Part shown: positions 9,067 to 18,648 of the stretch, piece by piece
Numbering within the stretch: position 1 is the stretch's first letter
Layout: each line of letters opens with the position of its first letter
Assembly (NCBI GenBank): GCA_947165505.1
Contig: CAMVAT010000017.1
Coordinates: forward strand, 7,253-71,252
Length of the DNA stretch: 64,000 nt
Direction of reading: 5' to 3'
Source of the DNA: an uncultured Prevotellaceae bacterium
Lineage (GTDB): Bacteria; Bacteroidota; Bacteroidia; Bacteroidales; Bacteroidaceae
The notes under the pieces: generated by a model
What the model was told of the DNA's origin: nothing
Databases searched by the model: none
Seen by the model: only the letters and a program-made list of their open reading frames with translations
Position numbers and translations under genes: made by a program

Positions 9067-10899
9067 TTACTCTTTAGCATTCTGTATCTGTGCCATGACA
9101 CGGAGCCAGTTGCCGCCCCAGATCTTCTGGATGTCGCGCTCGCTGTATTTGCGGCGCAGCAGATGCAGGGTGAAGTTGATGAGCTCCGATGAGTCGGCGA
9201 TGCCTCGCACGCCGCCGTCGCCGTCGAAGTCTGTGCCCAGACCCACATGTTCCACGCCCATGATGCTGATGGCGTGCTCCAGGTGTTTGAGCGCATCGAG
9301 GATGGTGGCTTCGCCCTGTCGGCGCAGGAACCCGCCATAGAGGGTGATGTGGGCCACACCGCCCCGCCGTGCCAACTTGCGCATCTGGTCGTCGCTCAGG
9401 TTGCGGGGCACGTCGCACAGTGCCTTGCAGTTGGAGTGGCTGCACACGATGGGTGTCTTACTGATGTCGAGCGCATCGTAGAAACTGCTCTCGGCGGCAT
9501 GGCTCAGGTCAACCATGATGCCCTGCCGGTTCATCTCGTGAATCACCTGTTCGCCAAACTTGCTCACACCGTGGTGGGTCTCGCTGCCTTTGGCACTGTC
9601 GCAGATGTCGTTGTCGCCGTTGTGGCAGAGTGTGATATACACCACGCCCCGCTGAGCGAAGTGATGGATATTCTCCAGGTCGTGGTTGAGCGCCAGTCCG
9701 TTTTCGATGGCGAGCATGATCGAGCGGCGCCCCTTGCGCTTGTCGTCATACAACTCGGCCGGTGTGCGGGCGATGCTGATATAGCGGTAGTTGGCTTTCA
9801 CGATGTCTTCGATCTTATCGAAAATCAGGTCGGCGTATGCCTTCGGGCTATCTACGTCGAAATGTACTTTCGAAGCGAACGTCTCGCCCATCTTGGGTTG
9901 TGGCAGATAGGCGGCCATGATGACGGCGTTTTGGCGCCCCTCTGCCATCTTGTGCATATCGACGAGGATGCGTGGGTCGCGCTGCTCGAAGTGGATGCCC
10001 TGATGGAAGAACATAGGCGTGTCGCAATGCGTATCGAGGGTGAGAATGCGCTGGTGCAGCCGTTTGGCCACGTAGAAATTGTTGGCTTGATGCACGAGCC
10101 AGACGAAGAGTTTGAGTCCCTCCTCTTCGAGCCATTCTGGATGCCACTGCACACCCATCATCGGCTTGTACTCACTGCTCTCCATGGCTTCTATCACGCC
10201 GTCGGGAGCGGTGGCGGTGACGCGGAAGTGTGGGCCCGCGTCCTTGATGGCCTGATGGTGAAACGAGTTGACGAAGATTTGGTCTGCGCCGTATATCTCA
10301 TGCAGCATCGAGTCTTTCTCTATCTTGACGGTGTGCGAGAAGAGGTTTCGGTCGCCATCCTGACTGTGCTTGATGAGCGGCTGCACGGGTGTCTCCTCCT
10401 TGCCTTTTTTCGCGTTTTTCTTCTTGTCGTCATCGCCGTCGGCCGCCTGCTGCAGTCTGTCGGTCTGGATGTCCTGCACGACGGCTCCGTCGAGTGCCAC
10501 GGCCATGGTCTGTATGCCCCTGCAGATGCCGAGGATGGGTATCTGCCGGTTGTAGGCCAGTCGGGTGATGAGCAGTTCGGGCAGGTCGCGCGTGGCGTTG
10601 ATGCCGTGCAACTGCGGTATGGGTTGCTGTCCCGACCACAGGGGGTTGATGTCGCCGCCGCCTGTGAGCAGCAGTCCGTCGATTTGCTCCAGCGTGTTGA
10701 TGATGACGCTTTTGTCGTTGACGGGGGGGATGATGACGGGGGTTCCTCCGGCCGCCACCACCTGCTGGTAGTAACGGTCGCGCAGACAGGCGTCGCCGTT
10801 GGCATAGTTGGCGGTGATGCCTATCACGGGTTTGTGTGCCGCCTCGGGAAAGGTGGCGTATATCTCATTGAGATGTGCCTTCAGGTCAAAGTTTTCCAT
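9067..10899 (-). CDS. fusion of a class-I glutamine amidotransferase-like peptidase C26 (PuuD-like) and a membrane-dipeptidase M19 domain
   Basis: The N-terminal half has GICRGIQTMAVALDG and SFHHQA (the C26 Cys/His). The C-terminal half has LDTHCDTP and GVEHVGLGTDFDGDGG (M19 renal dipeptidase motifs). Confidence 0.8.
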   Translation of the reverse strand: MENFDLKAHLNEIYATFPEAAHKPVIGITANYANGDACLRDRYYQQVVAAGGTPVIIPPVNDKSVIINTLEQIDGLLLTGGGDINPLWSGQQPIPQLHGINATRDLPELLITRLAYNRQIPILGICRGIQTMAVALDGAVVQDIQTDRLQQAADGDDDKKKNAKKGKEETPVQPLIKHSQDGDRNLFSHTVKIEKDSMLHEIYGADQIFVNSFHHQAIKDAGPHFRVTATAPDGVIEAMESSEYKPMMGVQWHPEWLEEEGLKLFVWLVHQANNFYVAKRLHQRILTLDTHCDTPMFFHQGIHFEQRDPRILVDMHKMAEGRQNAVIMAAYLPQPKMGETFASKVHFDVDSPKAYADLIFDKIEDIVKANYRYISIARTPAELYDDKRKGRRSIMLAIENGLALNHDLENIHHFAQRGVVYITLCHNGDNDICDSAKGSETHHGVSKFGEQVIHEMNRQGIMVDLSHAAESSFYDALDISKTPIVCSHSNCKALCDVPRNLSDDQMRKLARRGGVAHITLYGGFLRRQGEATILDALKHLEHAISIMGVEHVGLGTDFDGDGGVRGIADSSELINFTLHLLRRKYSERDIQKIWGGNWLRVMAQIQNAKE

Positions 10900-10903
10900 G
10901 GCG

Positions 10904-11377
10904 TTATTCTTCGGTGCTGACAGTTTTGACGGGTATTTCGCGCTTGATGCTTTGCTCTAACGAGATAAGTGTCTCTGTGGCTACCACGCCGGGGATGGAC
11001 TGCAACTGATTATTGAGCAGGTCCATCAGTTGCTCGTTGTCTTGCGCGTAAAGCTTCACGAGCATGGTATAGGAGCCGGTGGTGAAGTGACACTCCACGA
11101 TCTCGGGGATGTGGATGAGTTTCTCGACCACGCTCTTATACATATTGCCACGCTCGAGCGTGATGCCCACGTAGGTGCAGGTGCTGTAGCCGAGGCTCTT
11201 GGGGTTGACGTTGAACCCGCTGCCCGTGATCACACCATCTTCGATGAGATGCTGCACACGCTGGTGGATGGCCGCTCTCGACACGTTGCATTCTGCCGCG
11301 ACGTCTTTAAACGGGATGCGTGCGTTTTTTGAGAGGATGCTTAGTATTTTCCTGTCTAAATTGTCTATCTTTTCCAT
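10904..11377 (-). CDS. AsnC/Lrp-family transcriptional regulator
   Basis: MEKIDNLDRKILSILSKNARIPFKDVAAECNVSRAAIHQRVQHLIEDGVITG is an HTH_AsnC domain, followed by a RAM/ACT-like C-terminal domain. I picked the start at 11377 because a TATTTTTG -7 box (complement of 11407-11414) lies too close to the alternative ATG at 11398. The track start at 11572 runs through repeats. Confidence 0.85.
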   Translation of the reverse strand: MEKIDNLDRKILSILSKNARIPFKDVAAECNVSRAAIHQRVQHLIEDGVITGSGFNVNPKSLGYSTCTYVGITLERGNMYKSVVEKLIHIPEIVECHFTTGSYTMLVKLYAQDNEQLMDLLNNQLQSIPGVVATETLISLEQSIKREIPVKTVSTEE

Positions 11378-11438
11378 ATCTGTTTGTTGTTTTGACATTT
11401 TGAAAGCAAAAATACGAATTATTATTGATTTATGCAAC

Positions 11439-11474
11439 AAAATCCCCTGATTTTTGTCAAAACCAGGGGATTTT
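11439..11474 (-). terminator. intrinsic terminator hairpin after the FKBP operon
   Basis: AAAATCCCCTG...CAGGGGATTTT forms an 11-bp stem flanked by U-rich sequence on both strands. Confidence 0.5.
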
Positions 11475-11500
11475 GTGTCATTTTTGTGGAATTTAAGGAG

Positions 11501-11532
11501 GGAGTATAGGAGTATAGGAGTATAGGAGTATA
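11501..11532. repeat. tandem octamer GGAGTATA x4
   Basis: Four perfect tandem copies read directly from the sequence. Confidence 0.95.
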
Positions 11533-11563
11533 GACAATAGTTATTGCAATTGTACCACATATC

Positions 11564-11638
11564 TCCTACCACCTGCCCCTTGCCCCCTGCCCCAAAACTA
11601 TCCTCCTACCTCCTGCCCCTTGCCCCCTGCCCCTAAAA
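11564..11638 (-). repeat. two tandem ~35-nt copies (40-nt period) of the G-tract module (sense strand GGGGCAGGGGGCAAGGGGCAGG), abutting the FKBP stop codon
   Basis: TCCTACC(A/T)CCTGCCCCTTGCCCCCTGCCCC(A/T)AAA occurs at 11564-11597 and again at 11604-11638. The stop codon is at 11639-11641. Confidence 0.95.
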
Positions 11639-12499
11639 TTATTTTATCTCTTCCAACTCCACGGTGAAGATAAGTGCCGAATAGGGGGGTATTTTTCCTG
11701 CCGGCCGTGAGCCGTATGCCAGTTCCTGGGGGATGTATATCTCCCATTTGCTGCCTACGGGCATCAGTGTGAGTGCCTCGGTCCATCCTTTGATGACCTG
11801 CTTGGGCGTGAACTCGTTGGTCTGCGGGTTGCGCGTATATGAACTGTCGAAGACGGTTCCGTCGATGAGCTTCCCTTCGTATTTCACCACCACACGGTCG
11901 TTTTCTTTCGGCACGGGTCCGTTGCCCTTGCGCAGCACTTTGTATTGCAGCCCGCTGGGGGTCACGACGACCCCTGCTTTCTTGGCATTCTCGGCCAGAA
12001 AGCGCTCACCGGCCTTGCGGTGTGCGTTGCGTGCTTCGGTCATCACCTCTTTTGCCGTCCGGGCATTCATCACCGTGGTGTCTTTCTGCAGAGAGGCGAT
12101 GAAACCGCGGTGAAACAGGGCAGTGTCGATGGTGTCGGTAGCGGCCTTCACCTCGCCGCCGATGCCTGGTATCATGCGGCTTACGGCCATCTGCGCCACT
12201 TGCACGCCTGCGCTATAGGCATTGAGCCGCGGGTCGTTGTGCCGTGCCACAGCCTCTTCGTATCCACGGACAAATTCATCCATCTGACTCTCATCCACAT
12301 TGAAGTTTTGTTTCAGAAACTCCATGAGTCCTTGTGTGGCGCTATTGCCTGCGGCATAGCTGATGGAGTCGGCGGGAGTGGCGAGCACGACAGACTGCGA
12401 CGCCTTGGTCTTTTTCTTCTTGTTCTTATCGCCTGCTGACAGGGGATTGAAAGAAGCACCCGCCAAGATGACGAGTGCCAAAAGGATGATTTTCTTCAT
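11639..12499 (-). CDS. FKBP-type peptidyl-prolyl cis-trans isomerase (FkpA/FklB-like), secreted
   Basis: Signal peptide, an FKBP_N dimerisation helix region, and a C-terminal FKBP domain ...[19 protein letters not shown]...[26 protein letters not shown]. Confidence 0.85.
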   Translation of the reverse strand: MKKIILLALVILAGASFNPLSAGDKNKKKKTKASQSVVLATPADSISYAAGNSATQGLMEFLKQNFNVDESQMDEFVRGYEEAVARHNDPRLNAYSAGVQVAQMAVSRMIPGIGGEVKAATDTIDTALFHRGFIASLQKDTTVMNARTAKEVMTEARNAHRKAGERFLAENAKKAGVVVTPSGLQYKVLRKGNGPVPKENDRVVVKYEGKLIDGTVFDSSYTRNPQTNEFTPKQVIKGWTEALTLMPVGSKWEIYIPQELAYGSRPAGKIPPYSALIFTVELEEIK

Positions 12500-12505
12500 A
12501 CTACT

Positions 12506-13453
12506 TTATTTCTTTTGCTGTACGGGCTGCGCCACGGGCTGAGCGGGAGCCTTGGCGGGCTCTTCAATACCCAGCAGTTCCAGTTTGAAGATGAGTGCCG
12601 AGAAGGGCTGGATGGGACCCTGCTGACGTCCTCCGTAGGCTTTGTCAGCGGGGATATAGACCTCCCATGTCGAACCCACAGGCATATTGAGCAGCGCCTC
12701 GCGGAAACCGTCAATCAGCGCACCTTTAGCCAGGCTCATCTGCATGGCCTGACCACGCTCGTACGAACTGTCAAACACCTTACCGTCGATGGTCTTGCCC
12801 TCGTAGTTGAGTTTCACCATAGCGCCGTCTTGGGGTTTGGCTCCATTGCCCTCTTTGATCACTTTGTACTGCACACCCGACGGCAATGTCTTCACGCCCT
12901 CTTTCTTGGCGTTCTCGGCAATGAATTTCTCGCCGGCCTCTTTGTTGGCTTTGTACTTCACGCTGTTTTCTTTCTCTATCTCAGCATTTTTCTTGGCCAT
13001 CAGCTTCTGTTGGATGGCTTGCACCATGGGGTCGATGGTCGCCATCAGTTTTTCATTGCTGAAGACGGTCGAGTCGTTGTTGAGTCCGGCCATGAGTCCA
13101 GCCACGAGGTTCTGGTATGAGAGGTGTGTGGCCGAGTCGCCCATGAATATCTGGCGGTTCATGCCTTCGGCCATCTGTGCGCCGAGGGCCAGACCTTTCA
13201 TGTAGGCTGCATTCTTCTTGTCGCCAGTGGCGAGGATGGCCTCGCGCATGCCTTTGACGAAGTCGTCGAAGTAAAGCGAGTCGATGCCTTGCTGCTGGAT
13301 GGCAAACATTTTGAGTTGTGAGCCGTTGAGCTGTCCGATGGCATAGCTCACGGTGTCCACATCATTTTTCAGGTCGGCTTTCGTCGATTGGCCGCAAGAA
13401 ACGAATGTTGCTGCCGATGCGGCGATGGCAGCGATAAAAAAGATTTTTTTCAT
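12506..13453 (-). CDS. FKBP-type peptidyl-prolyl isomerase lipoprotein
   Basis: Lipobox ATFVSC. The FKBP domain reads MVKLNYEGKTIDGKVFDSSY...GFREALLNMPVGSTWEVYIPADKAYG. Confidence 0.85.
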   Translation of the reverse strand: MKKIFFIAAIAASAATFVSCGQSTKADLKNDVDTVSYAIGQLNGSQLKMFAIQQQGIDSLYFDDFVKGMREAILATGDKKNAAYMKGLALGAQMAEGMNRQIFMGDSATHLSYQNLVAGLMAGLNNDSTVFSNEKLMATIDPMVQAIQQKLMAKKNAEIEKENSVKYKANKEAGEKFIAENAKKEGVKTLPSGVQYKVIKEGNGAKPQDGAMVKLNYEGKTIDGKVFDSSYERGQAMQMSLAKGALIDGFREALLNMPVGSTWEVYIPADKAYGGRQQGPIQPFSALIFKLELLGIEEPAKAPAQPVAQPVQQKK

Positions 13454-13502
13454 TGTTATTATTTGTGATTTTTTGAGTTTCTGAATTTGGCGAGTTTGGG
13501 AA

Positions 13503-14108
13503 TTACTTCACCTCGATGAGCTCCACGTCGAACACGAGTGCCGAGAAGGGGGGGATGGAGGCTCCTGCGCCGCCCTCGCCGTATGCGAGGCGGTAGGGGA
13601 TGAAGAAACGGTATTTGGCACCTTCCTGCATCAGCTGCAGCCCCTCGGTCCAACCCGTGATGACCTGGTTGAGGGGGAATTCAGCGGGTTCGCCGCGCTG
13701 TATGCTGCTGTCGAAGACGGTACCGTCGATGAGGAATCCCTCATAGTGGCATTTCACGGTGTCGGTGGCTTTGGGCTTGCGGCCGTTGCCTTCTTTAATC
13801 ACCTGATACTGCAGACCGCTGGGCAGTGTGACGACGCCTTCGTTCTTGGCGTTCTCTTGCAGGTATTTCTCACCAGCCTCTTTAGCTATCTTTCCGCTGG
13901 CGGCACGCTCTGCATTCATCTTCGCTTCCTTTTTACGGAAATAGTCTTCTACGATGCTTTGTGCGTCGCGGTGTGATACTTTCAGCTCATTGCCGGCGAT
14001 GACATCCTTGATGGCGCTGGCAAAATCGTCGATATTCAAGTCATTGGCTCCCATCTGCACCAACTGGTGTCCGATGCCGAGTCCCAAAGCGTAACTTACT
14101 TTGTCCAT
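13503..14108 (-). CDS. FKBP-type peptidyl-prolyl isomerase (FklB-like, no signal peptide)
   Basis: [60 protein letters not shown]. Confidence 0.85.
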   Translation of the reverse strand: MDKVSYALGLGIGHQLVQMGANDLNIDDFASAIKDVIAGNELKVSHRDAQSIVEDYFRKKEAKMNAERAASGKIAKEAGEKYLQENAKNEGVVTLPSGLQYQVIKEGNGRKPKATDTVKCHYEGFLIDGTVFDSSIQRGEPAEFPLNQVITGWTEGLQLMQEGAKYRFFIPYRLAYGEGGAGASIPPFSALVFDVELIEVK

Positions 14109-14146
14109 TTTTGTTGTTTCTGATATGTATTTGTTAAATTTGGCTG

Positions 14147-14154
14147 CAAAGGTA
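14147..14154 (-). promoter_or_regulatory. -7 box TACCTTTG for the FKBP operon
   Basis: The complement of CAAAGGTA lies 39 nt upstream of the ATG at 14108. Confidence 0.45.
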
Positions 14155-14226
14155 CAATATTTTCACGATTACCTTATTATATTTGAAAAAAAATGCGTAT
14201 TTTTGTACTTTGTTAAGAAAATAAAA

Positions 14227-14298
14227 GAGGTGAGAGGTAAGGGGTAAGAGGTGAGAGGTATGCCAAGAACACTAAACACTAAACACTAAACACTCAAC
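14227..14298 (+). repeat. two adjacent heptad arrays: GAGGTGA/GAGGTAA/GGGGTAA x5, then AACACTA x3 plus AACACTC
   Basis: Read directly. The arrays end 13 nt before the cobB ATG. Confidence 0.95.
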
Positions 14299-14311
14299 AA
14301 CCAATAGAATC

Positions 14312-15001
14312 ATGAAAAAGATTGTAGTATTGACTGGCGCCGGCATGTCGGTAGAGAGCGGACTGCGCACCTTCCGTGGCGCCAACGGCATGTGGGAAGA
14401 CCAACCCGTAGAGCGTATCGCCACGCACGAGGGCTGGCTCAACGAACCCGAGTTCGTCAATGAGTTTTATAATAAGATGCGGCGTAAATACTCCGACGTG
14501 CAACCCAACGAGGGCCACCGATTGGTGGCGCAGTTGCAAGACAAATACGATGTGACGGTGGTGACGCAGAATGTAGATGACCTGCACGAGCGCGCCGGTA
14601 GCAAGAAAGTGATTCACCTGCATGGTGAACTGATGAAGGGCTGCTCCTCGCGCGATGTCGATGACGAGCGTTACCATCGTGTGCTGACACCGGAGCATCC
14701 CGACATCGCACCCGGCGAGAAGGCCGGCGACGGGTCGCTCATGCGACCGTTCATCGTGTTCTTCGGCGAGGCGGTGCCCAAGATCGAGGAGGCTGCCGAG
14801 GCGGTGAGCCAGGCCGACATCCTCATCATCATCGGCACGTCGCTGGTGGTCTATCCGGCCGCCGGACTGAAGAACTATGCGCCCAAGGGATGCCCCATCT
14901 ACCTGATCGACCCCGCCGACATGGGCTACCACGCCATGAACGTGACGCACATACAGAAAGGTGCCTCGGCCGGCATGCGCCAACTCATGGAGATATTATA
15001 G
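14312..15001 (+). CDS. cobB: NAD-dependent protein deacylase (Sir2 family)
   Basis: VVLTGAGMSVESGLRTFRG, QNVDDLHERAG, HLHGEL and IIIGTSLVVYPAA are Sir2 signature motifs. Confidence 0.85.
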   Translation: MKKIVVLTGAGMSVESGLRTFRGANGMWEDQPVERIATHEGWLNEPEFVNEFYNKMRRKYSDVQPNEGHRLVAQLQDKYDVTVVTQNVDDLHERAGSKKVIHLHGELMKGCSSRDVDDERYHRVLTPEHPDIAPGEKAGDGSLMRPFIVFFGEAVPKIEEAAEAVSQADILIIIGTSLVVYPAAGLKNYAPKGCPIYLIDPADMGYHAMNVTHIQKGASAGMRQLMEIL

Positions 15002-15034
15002 TTTTTACGAATCCGTAGGGACGCCAGAAGGGGG

Positions 15035-16741
15035 TTACGACTCTTTCTGGCGTACTCCCATGCGCGCCTCGACCACGTTGACCACGTAGTCGCCCAGTTT
15101 TTCGCATTCGCCGATGATGTCCATATACATCGTGCCGATGGCGTAGGTGTATTTGTGGTCGTTCACATCGTTGATGTTCTGGCTCTTGAGCTGGTTGCGG
15201 TAGTTGTTGATCTCGCTCTCGATATTGAATGACCGGTTCACGTCGAGCGCCTCGCGCCGGTTCGACAGCATCACGTTCATCTGCGTGAGGGCATCGTCGG
15301 TGAGTGCCATCATCTGGTGGATATGGTCGTACTGGGCGGCGGTGAAGTCGTCCTTGCCCTTGGCTCTGCGGTTGAGTGTGCGGGCTACGTTGTAGCAGGC
15401 ATCGCCGATGCTCTCTATCTCTGAGATCTCGCGTAGCATGGCGCGTATCTGAGCCTTGGTCTCCACCGAGAGGTGGGCATCGCTCACATGGTCTAAGTAT
15501 TTGGCTATCTCTATCTCCATGTTGTCGCTGATGCTCTCGTATTTCTCGATGCGTGTGAAGAGCTTGTCAAATTTGTCATTGTCTCTCTCTTCCACCAGTT
15601 CACGTACCATATTAAACATCTTTTGGATGCGCTCGGCGAAGAGGCGTATCTCCTTGCGGGCCTCCAGCACCGACAACTCGGGCGTCTTCATCAGACCGGC
15701 GGTGATGAAGTGCAGGCGCACATCCTCGTCCTCATCCACATTACGGGGTTTAATCACCCAGCACACGAAGCGCTCGATATACTGCACGAACCCTATCAGC
15801 AACAGCGTGTTGGCGATGTTGAAGAGGGAGTGGAAGGCGGCGAGCACCAACGAGGACTTGAAGGCGAAGCCCGGTGCCGAGACCTCCATAGCGGGGTCGA
15901 AGCCCATCATGTCGCACACCATGTTGAAGAAGGGCTTGAGCACGATGAGTGCCCACGTCACGCCGATGGCATTGATGACAAAGTGGGCGAAAGCCGCACG
16001 GCGCGCCTGCACGTTGGCCTTGGCAGCCACGATATTGGCGGTGATAGTGGTACCGATGTTCTCGCCCAGCACCAGCATGACGCCCTGGTCGATATGAAGC
16101 ACGCCCGTGGCGCACAACAGCATCGTGATGGCCATGATGGCGGCCGACGACTGCACACAGAGCGTCAGCACCGTACCCACAAACAGGAAGAAGAGCTTGT
16201 TCCAGAACGAGGGGTCGTTGAAATTGTCGAAGAAAGCACTGATGGCGGCGTTGGCCTCAGGATTGTCAACGAGGGCGAACCCCGTCTCCTTGAGGGTGCA
16301 AAGACCCAGGAAGAGGAAGGCCACGCCGAAGAGGAAGTCGCCGATGATGCGGCGCCTCTTCATATAGATGAGGATGATGCCGAGGAAGAATGCCGGATAG
16401 ACAAACGACAACATCTCGAACGAGAACCCGAGCGACATGATCCAGGCCGTGACGGTGGTGCCGATGTGGGCGCCCATGATGACTGAGATGGCCTGCAGCA
16501 GGGTGACTAAGCCGGCGTTGACAAACGACACGGTCATCAGCGTGGTGGCCGTAGATGACTGTACGGCGGCAGTGACGAACATACCGGTGAACATGCCGGT
16601 GAAACGGTTGGTGGTCATCGCACCAAGCACATGGCGCAACTGAGGTCCGGCCATTTTCTGCAAGCTCTCGCTCATCGATTTCATACCGTACATGAGCAGG
16701 GCAAGCGAACCCATCAGTTTAAAAATTACCCAAATCGACAT
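15035..16741 (-). CDS. Na/Pi cotransporter family protein with a C-terminal PhoU-like domain
   Basis: The N-terminus LMGSLALLMYGMKSMSESLQKMAGPQLRHVLGAMTTNRFTGMFTGMFVTAAVQSSTATT is the duplicated Na_Pi_cotrans repeat. The C-terminal half consists of PhoU-like helices. Confidence 0.85.
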   Translation of the reverse strand: MSIWVIFKLMGSLALLMYGMKSMSESLQKMAGPQLRHVLGAMTTNRFTGMFTGMFVTAAVQSSTATTLMTVSFVNAGLVTLLQAISVIMGAHIGTTVTAWIMSLGFSFEMLSFVYPAFFLGIILIYMKRRRIIGDFLFGVAFLFLGLCTLKETGFALVDNPEANAAISAFFDNFNDPSFWNKLFFLFVGTVLTLCVQSSAAIMAITMLLCATGVLHIDQGVMLVLGENIGTTITANIVAAKANVQARRAAFAHFVINAIGVTWALIVLKPFFNMVCDMMGFDPAMEVSAPGFAFKSSLVLAAFHSLFNIANTLLLIGFVQYIERFVCWVIKPRNVDEDEDVRLHFITAGLMKTPELSVLEARKEIRLFAERIQKMFNMVRELVEERDNDKFDKLFTRIEKYESISDNMEIEIAKYLDHVSDAHLSVETKAQIRAMLREISEIESIGDACYNVARTLNRRAKGKDDFTAAQYDHIHQMMALTDDALTQMNVMLSNRREALDVNRSFNIESEINNYRNQLKSQNINDVNDHKYTYAIGTMYMDIIGECEKLGDYVVNVVEARMGVRQKES

Positions 16742-16832
16742 AAAAAATGATTTTTTTCGTTGTTTTTGCTGAAATGTCGAAAAATCTGATTACCTTTACA
16801 CCGCCTTAGAACACTATCAAAATGTAATAAAA

Positions 16833-18494
16833 ATGGAACAGGTCATACAAATTCGGTGCAAAAATAATAAAAAAACTCAAATTTTCCCAAAAGGAAGCAC
16901 ACTTTCTGAAATTTTTCGTGGTTTTCAACTGCAAATGCCCTACGGACCGGTCAATGCAAAGGTCAACAACCAGGTGGTGGATATGGACTTCACGGTCTAT
17001 CACAACAAAGACGTGGAGTTTCTCGACATGACATCAGCCTCGGGCAACCGAGCCTATACGCGCACGCTCTTCTTCGTGCTCTGCAAGGCCGTGCACGACC
17101 TCTTCCCCGGAGGCAGCGTGGTCATCGACATACCCGTGTCTAACGGTTATTACTGCGACCTCAACATCGGACGGGCCGTGACCGAGGAGGATGTGGACCG
17201 ACTGCGCAGTCTGATGGAGCAGATTATCGGCGAGGGACACGAGATACGCCGGCACGAATGCCCTACCGAAGAGGCCATACGCATCTTCGAGGAGAGGGGC
17301 ACGTCGTCGAAGGCTAAACTGCTGCGCACAGCCGGACGACTCTACACGACCTATTACGACCTCGACGGCTACGCCGACTACTACTACGGGTCGCTGCTCA
17401 ACAACACCAACCAGCTCTACCTCTTCGGACTGGAGAAATACTTCGACGGCATCCTGCTGCGCATCCCCTCACGGCAAGACCCCTCGCAACTGGGCGAACT
17501 CATCCGCCAAGACAAGATGTTCGGCATCTTCCAGGAGCACCACCGCTGGCAGCGCATCCTGGGCGTGACCACCATCGGCGACTTCAACGAGGCGGTGGCG
17601 GCTGGGCACAGCGCTGAGATCATCACAGTGTCGGAGGCCTTGCAGGAGAAGAAGATCGCACACATCGCTGAGGTGATTGCCGAACGGAAAGATGTGCGTA
17701 TGGTGCTCATCGCCGGTCCGTCGTCGAGCGGCAAGACCACGACTTGCAAACGACTGTCGGTGCAACTGGTGTGCAACGGACTGCACCCGGTGATGATCTC
17801 GCTCGACGACTATTTCCTCGACCGCGACAAGACACCGCTCGACGATAAAGGCGATTATGACTTCGAAAGCCTCTATGCGCTCAATATACCACTGCTCAAC
17901 GACCAACTCAACGCACTGCTGCGCGGCGACGAGGTGGAACTGCCCAAATACAATTTCCAAGCGGGACGCAGCGAGCGCAGCGGCAAACGGCTGCAACTGA
18001 AAAACAACGAGATACTGGTCATCGAGGGCATACACGCGCTCAACCCCGAACTGACGGCTCAGGTGCCCGACGAACAGAAATTCCGCGTCTATGCGTCGGC
18101 GCTGACCACCATCCTGCTCGACCGGCACAACTACATCCCCACCACCGACAACCGACTGCTCCGGCGCATCATACGCGATGCGAAATACCGGGGTGTGACC
18201 GCCGAGGAGACCATCCGCCGATGGCCGTCGGTGAGGGCGGGCGAACAGAAATGGATCTTCCCCTATCAAGAGAATGCCGACGAGATGTTCAACACGGCGA
18301 TGATCTACGAGCTGGCGGTCATCAAACAACAGGCCGAACAACTGCTCGAACAGGTGCCGCAATCGGCCGATGCTTATTCCGAGGCCTACCGATTGCAGAA
18401 GTTCCTGCGATATATCAAGGCCATCCCCTACAGCAAACTGCCCCCCACGTCGTTGCTGCGCGAGTTTATCGGTGGTAGTTCATTTAAGTATTAA
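16833..18494 (+). CDS. nucleoside (uridine/cytidine-type) kinase with N-terminal TGS-like and SAD-like domains
   Basis: P-loop IAGPSSSGKTT followed by the uridine kinase/PRK fold (LVIEGIHALNPEL, RRIIRDAKYRG). The N-terminal ~250 aa resemble the ThrRS TGS and second-additional domains. Confidence 0.7.
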   Translation: MEQVIQIRCKNNKKTQIFPKGSTLSEIFRGFQLQMPYGPVNAKVNNQVVDMDFTVYHNKDVEFLDMTSASGNRAYTRTLFFVLCKAVHDLFPGGSVVIDIPVSNGYYCDLNIGRAVTEEDVDRLRSLMEQIIGEGHEIRRHECPTEEAIRIFEERGTSSKAKLLRTAGRLYTTYYDLDGYADYYYGSLLNNTNQLYLFGLEKYFDGILLRIPSRQDPSQLGELIRQDKMFGIFQEHHRWQRILGVTTIGDFNEAVAAGHSAEIITVSEALQEKKIAHIAEVIAERKDVRMVLIAGPSSSGKTTTCKRLSVQLVCNGLHPVMISLDDYFLDRDKTPLDDKGDYDFESLYALNIPLLNDQLNALLRGDEVELPKYNFQAGRSERSGKRLQLKNNEILVIEGIHALNPELTAQVPDEQKFRVYASALTTILLDRHNYIPTTDNRLLRRIIRDAKYRGVTAEETIRRWPSVRAGEQKWIFPYQENADEMFNTAMIYELAVIKQQAEQLLEQVPQSADAYSEAYRLQKFLRYIKAIPYSKLPPTSLLREFIGGSSFKY

Positions 18495-18521
18495 GCCCAC
18501 CCTGAAGCTAGCAAAATCAAT

Positions 18522-18565
18522 AAAAATGCAAATATGTGCGATATTTCGTGCATATTTGCATTTTT
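18522..18565 (+). terminator. intrinsic terminator after the kinase gene
   Basis: AAAAATGCAAATATG...CATATTTGCATTTTT is a 15-bp perfect inverted repeat ending in a T-run. Confidence 0.55.
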
Positions 18566-18648
18566 ATGCTAAAACATTTTGCCGTTTCAATAAAAATTTC
18601 GACCTTTGCACCCGATTTTAGGAAAAAAACATATAAATCAAGTTAGTT

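Noticed and set aside
11639-14108. Three tandem FKBP-type PPIase genes as a novel system.
   Set aside because: They are ordinary paralogues, two secreted or lipoprotein and one cytoplasmic, with intact FKBP domains. Tandem FKBP genes are common in Bacteroidales.
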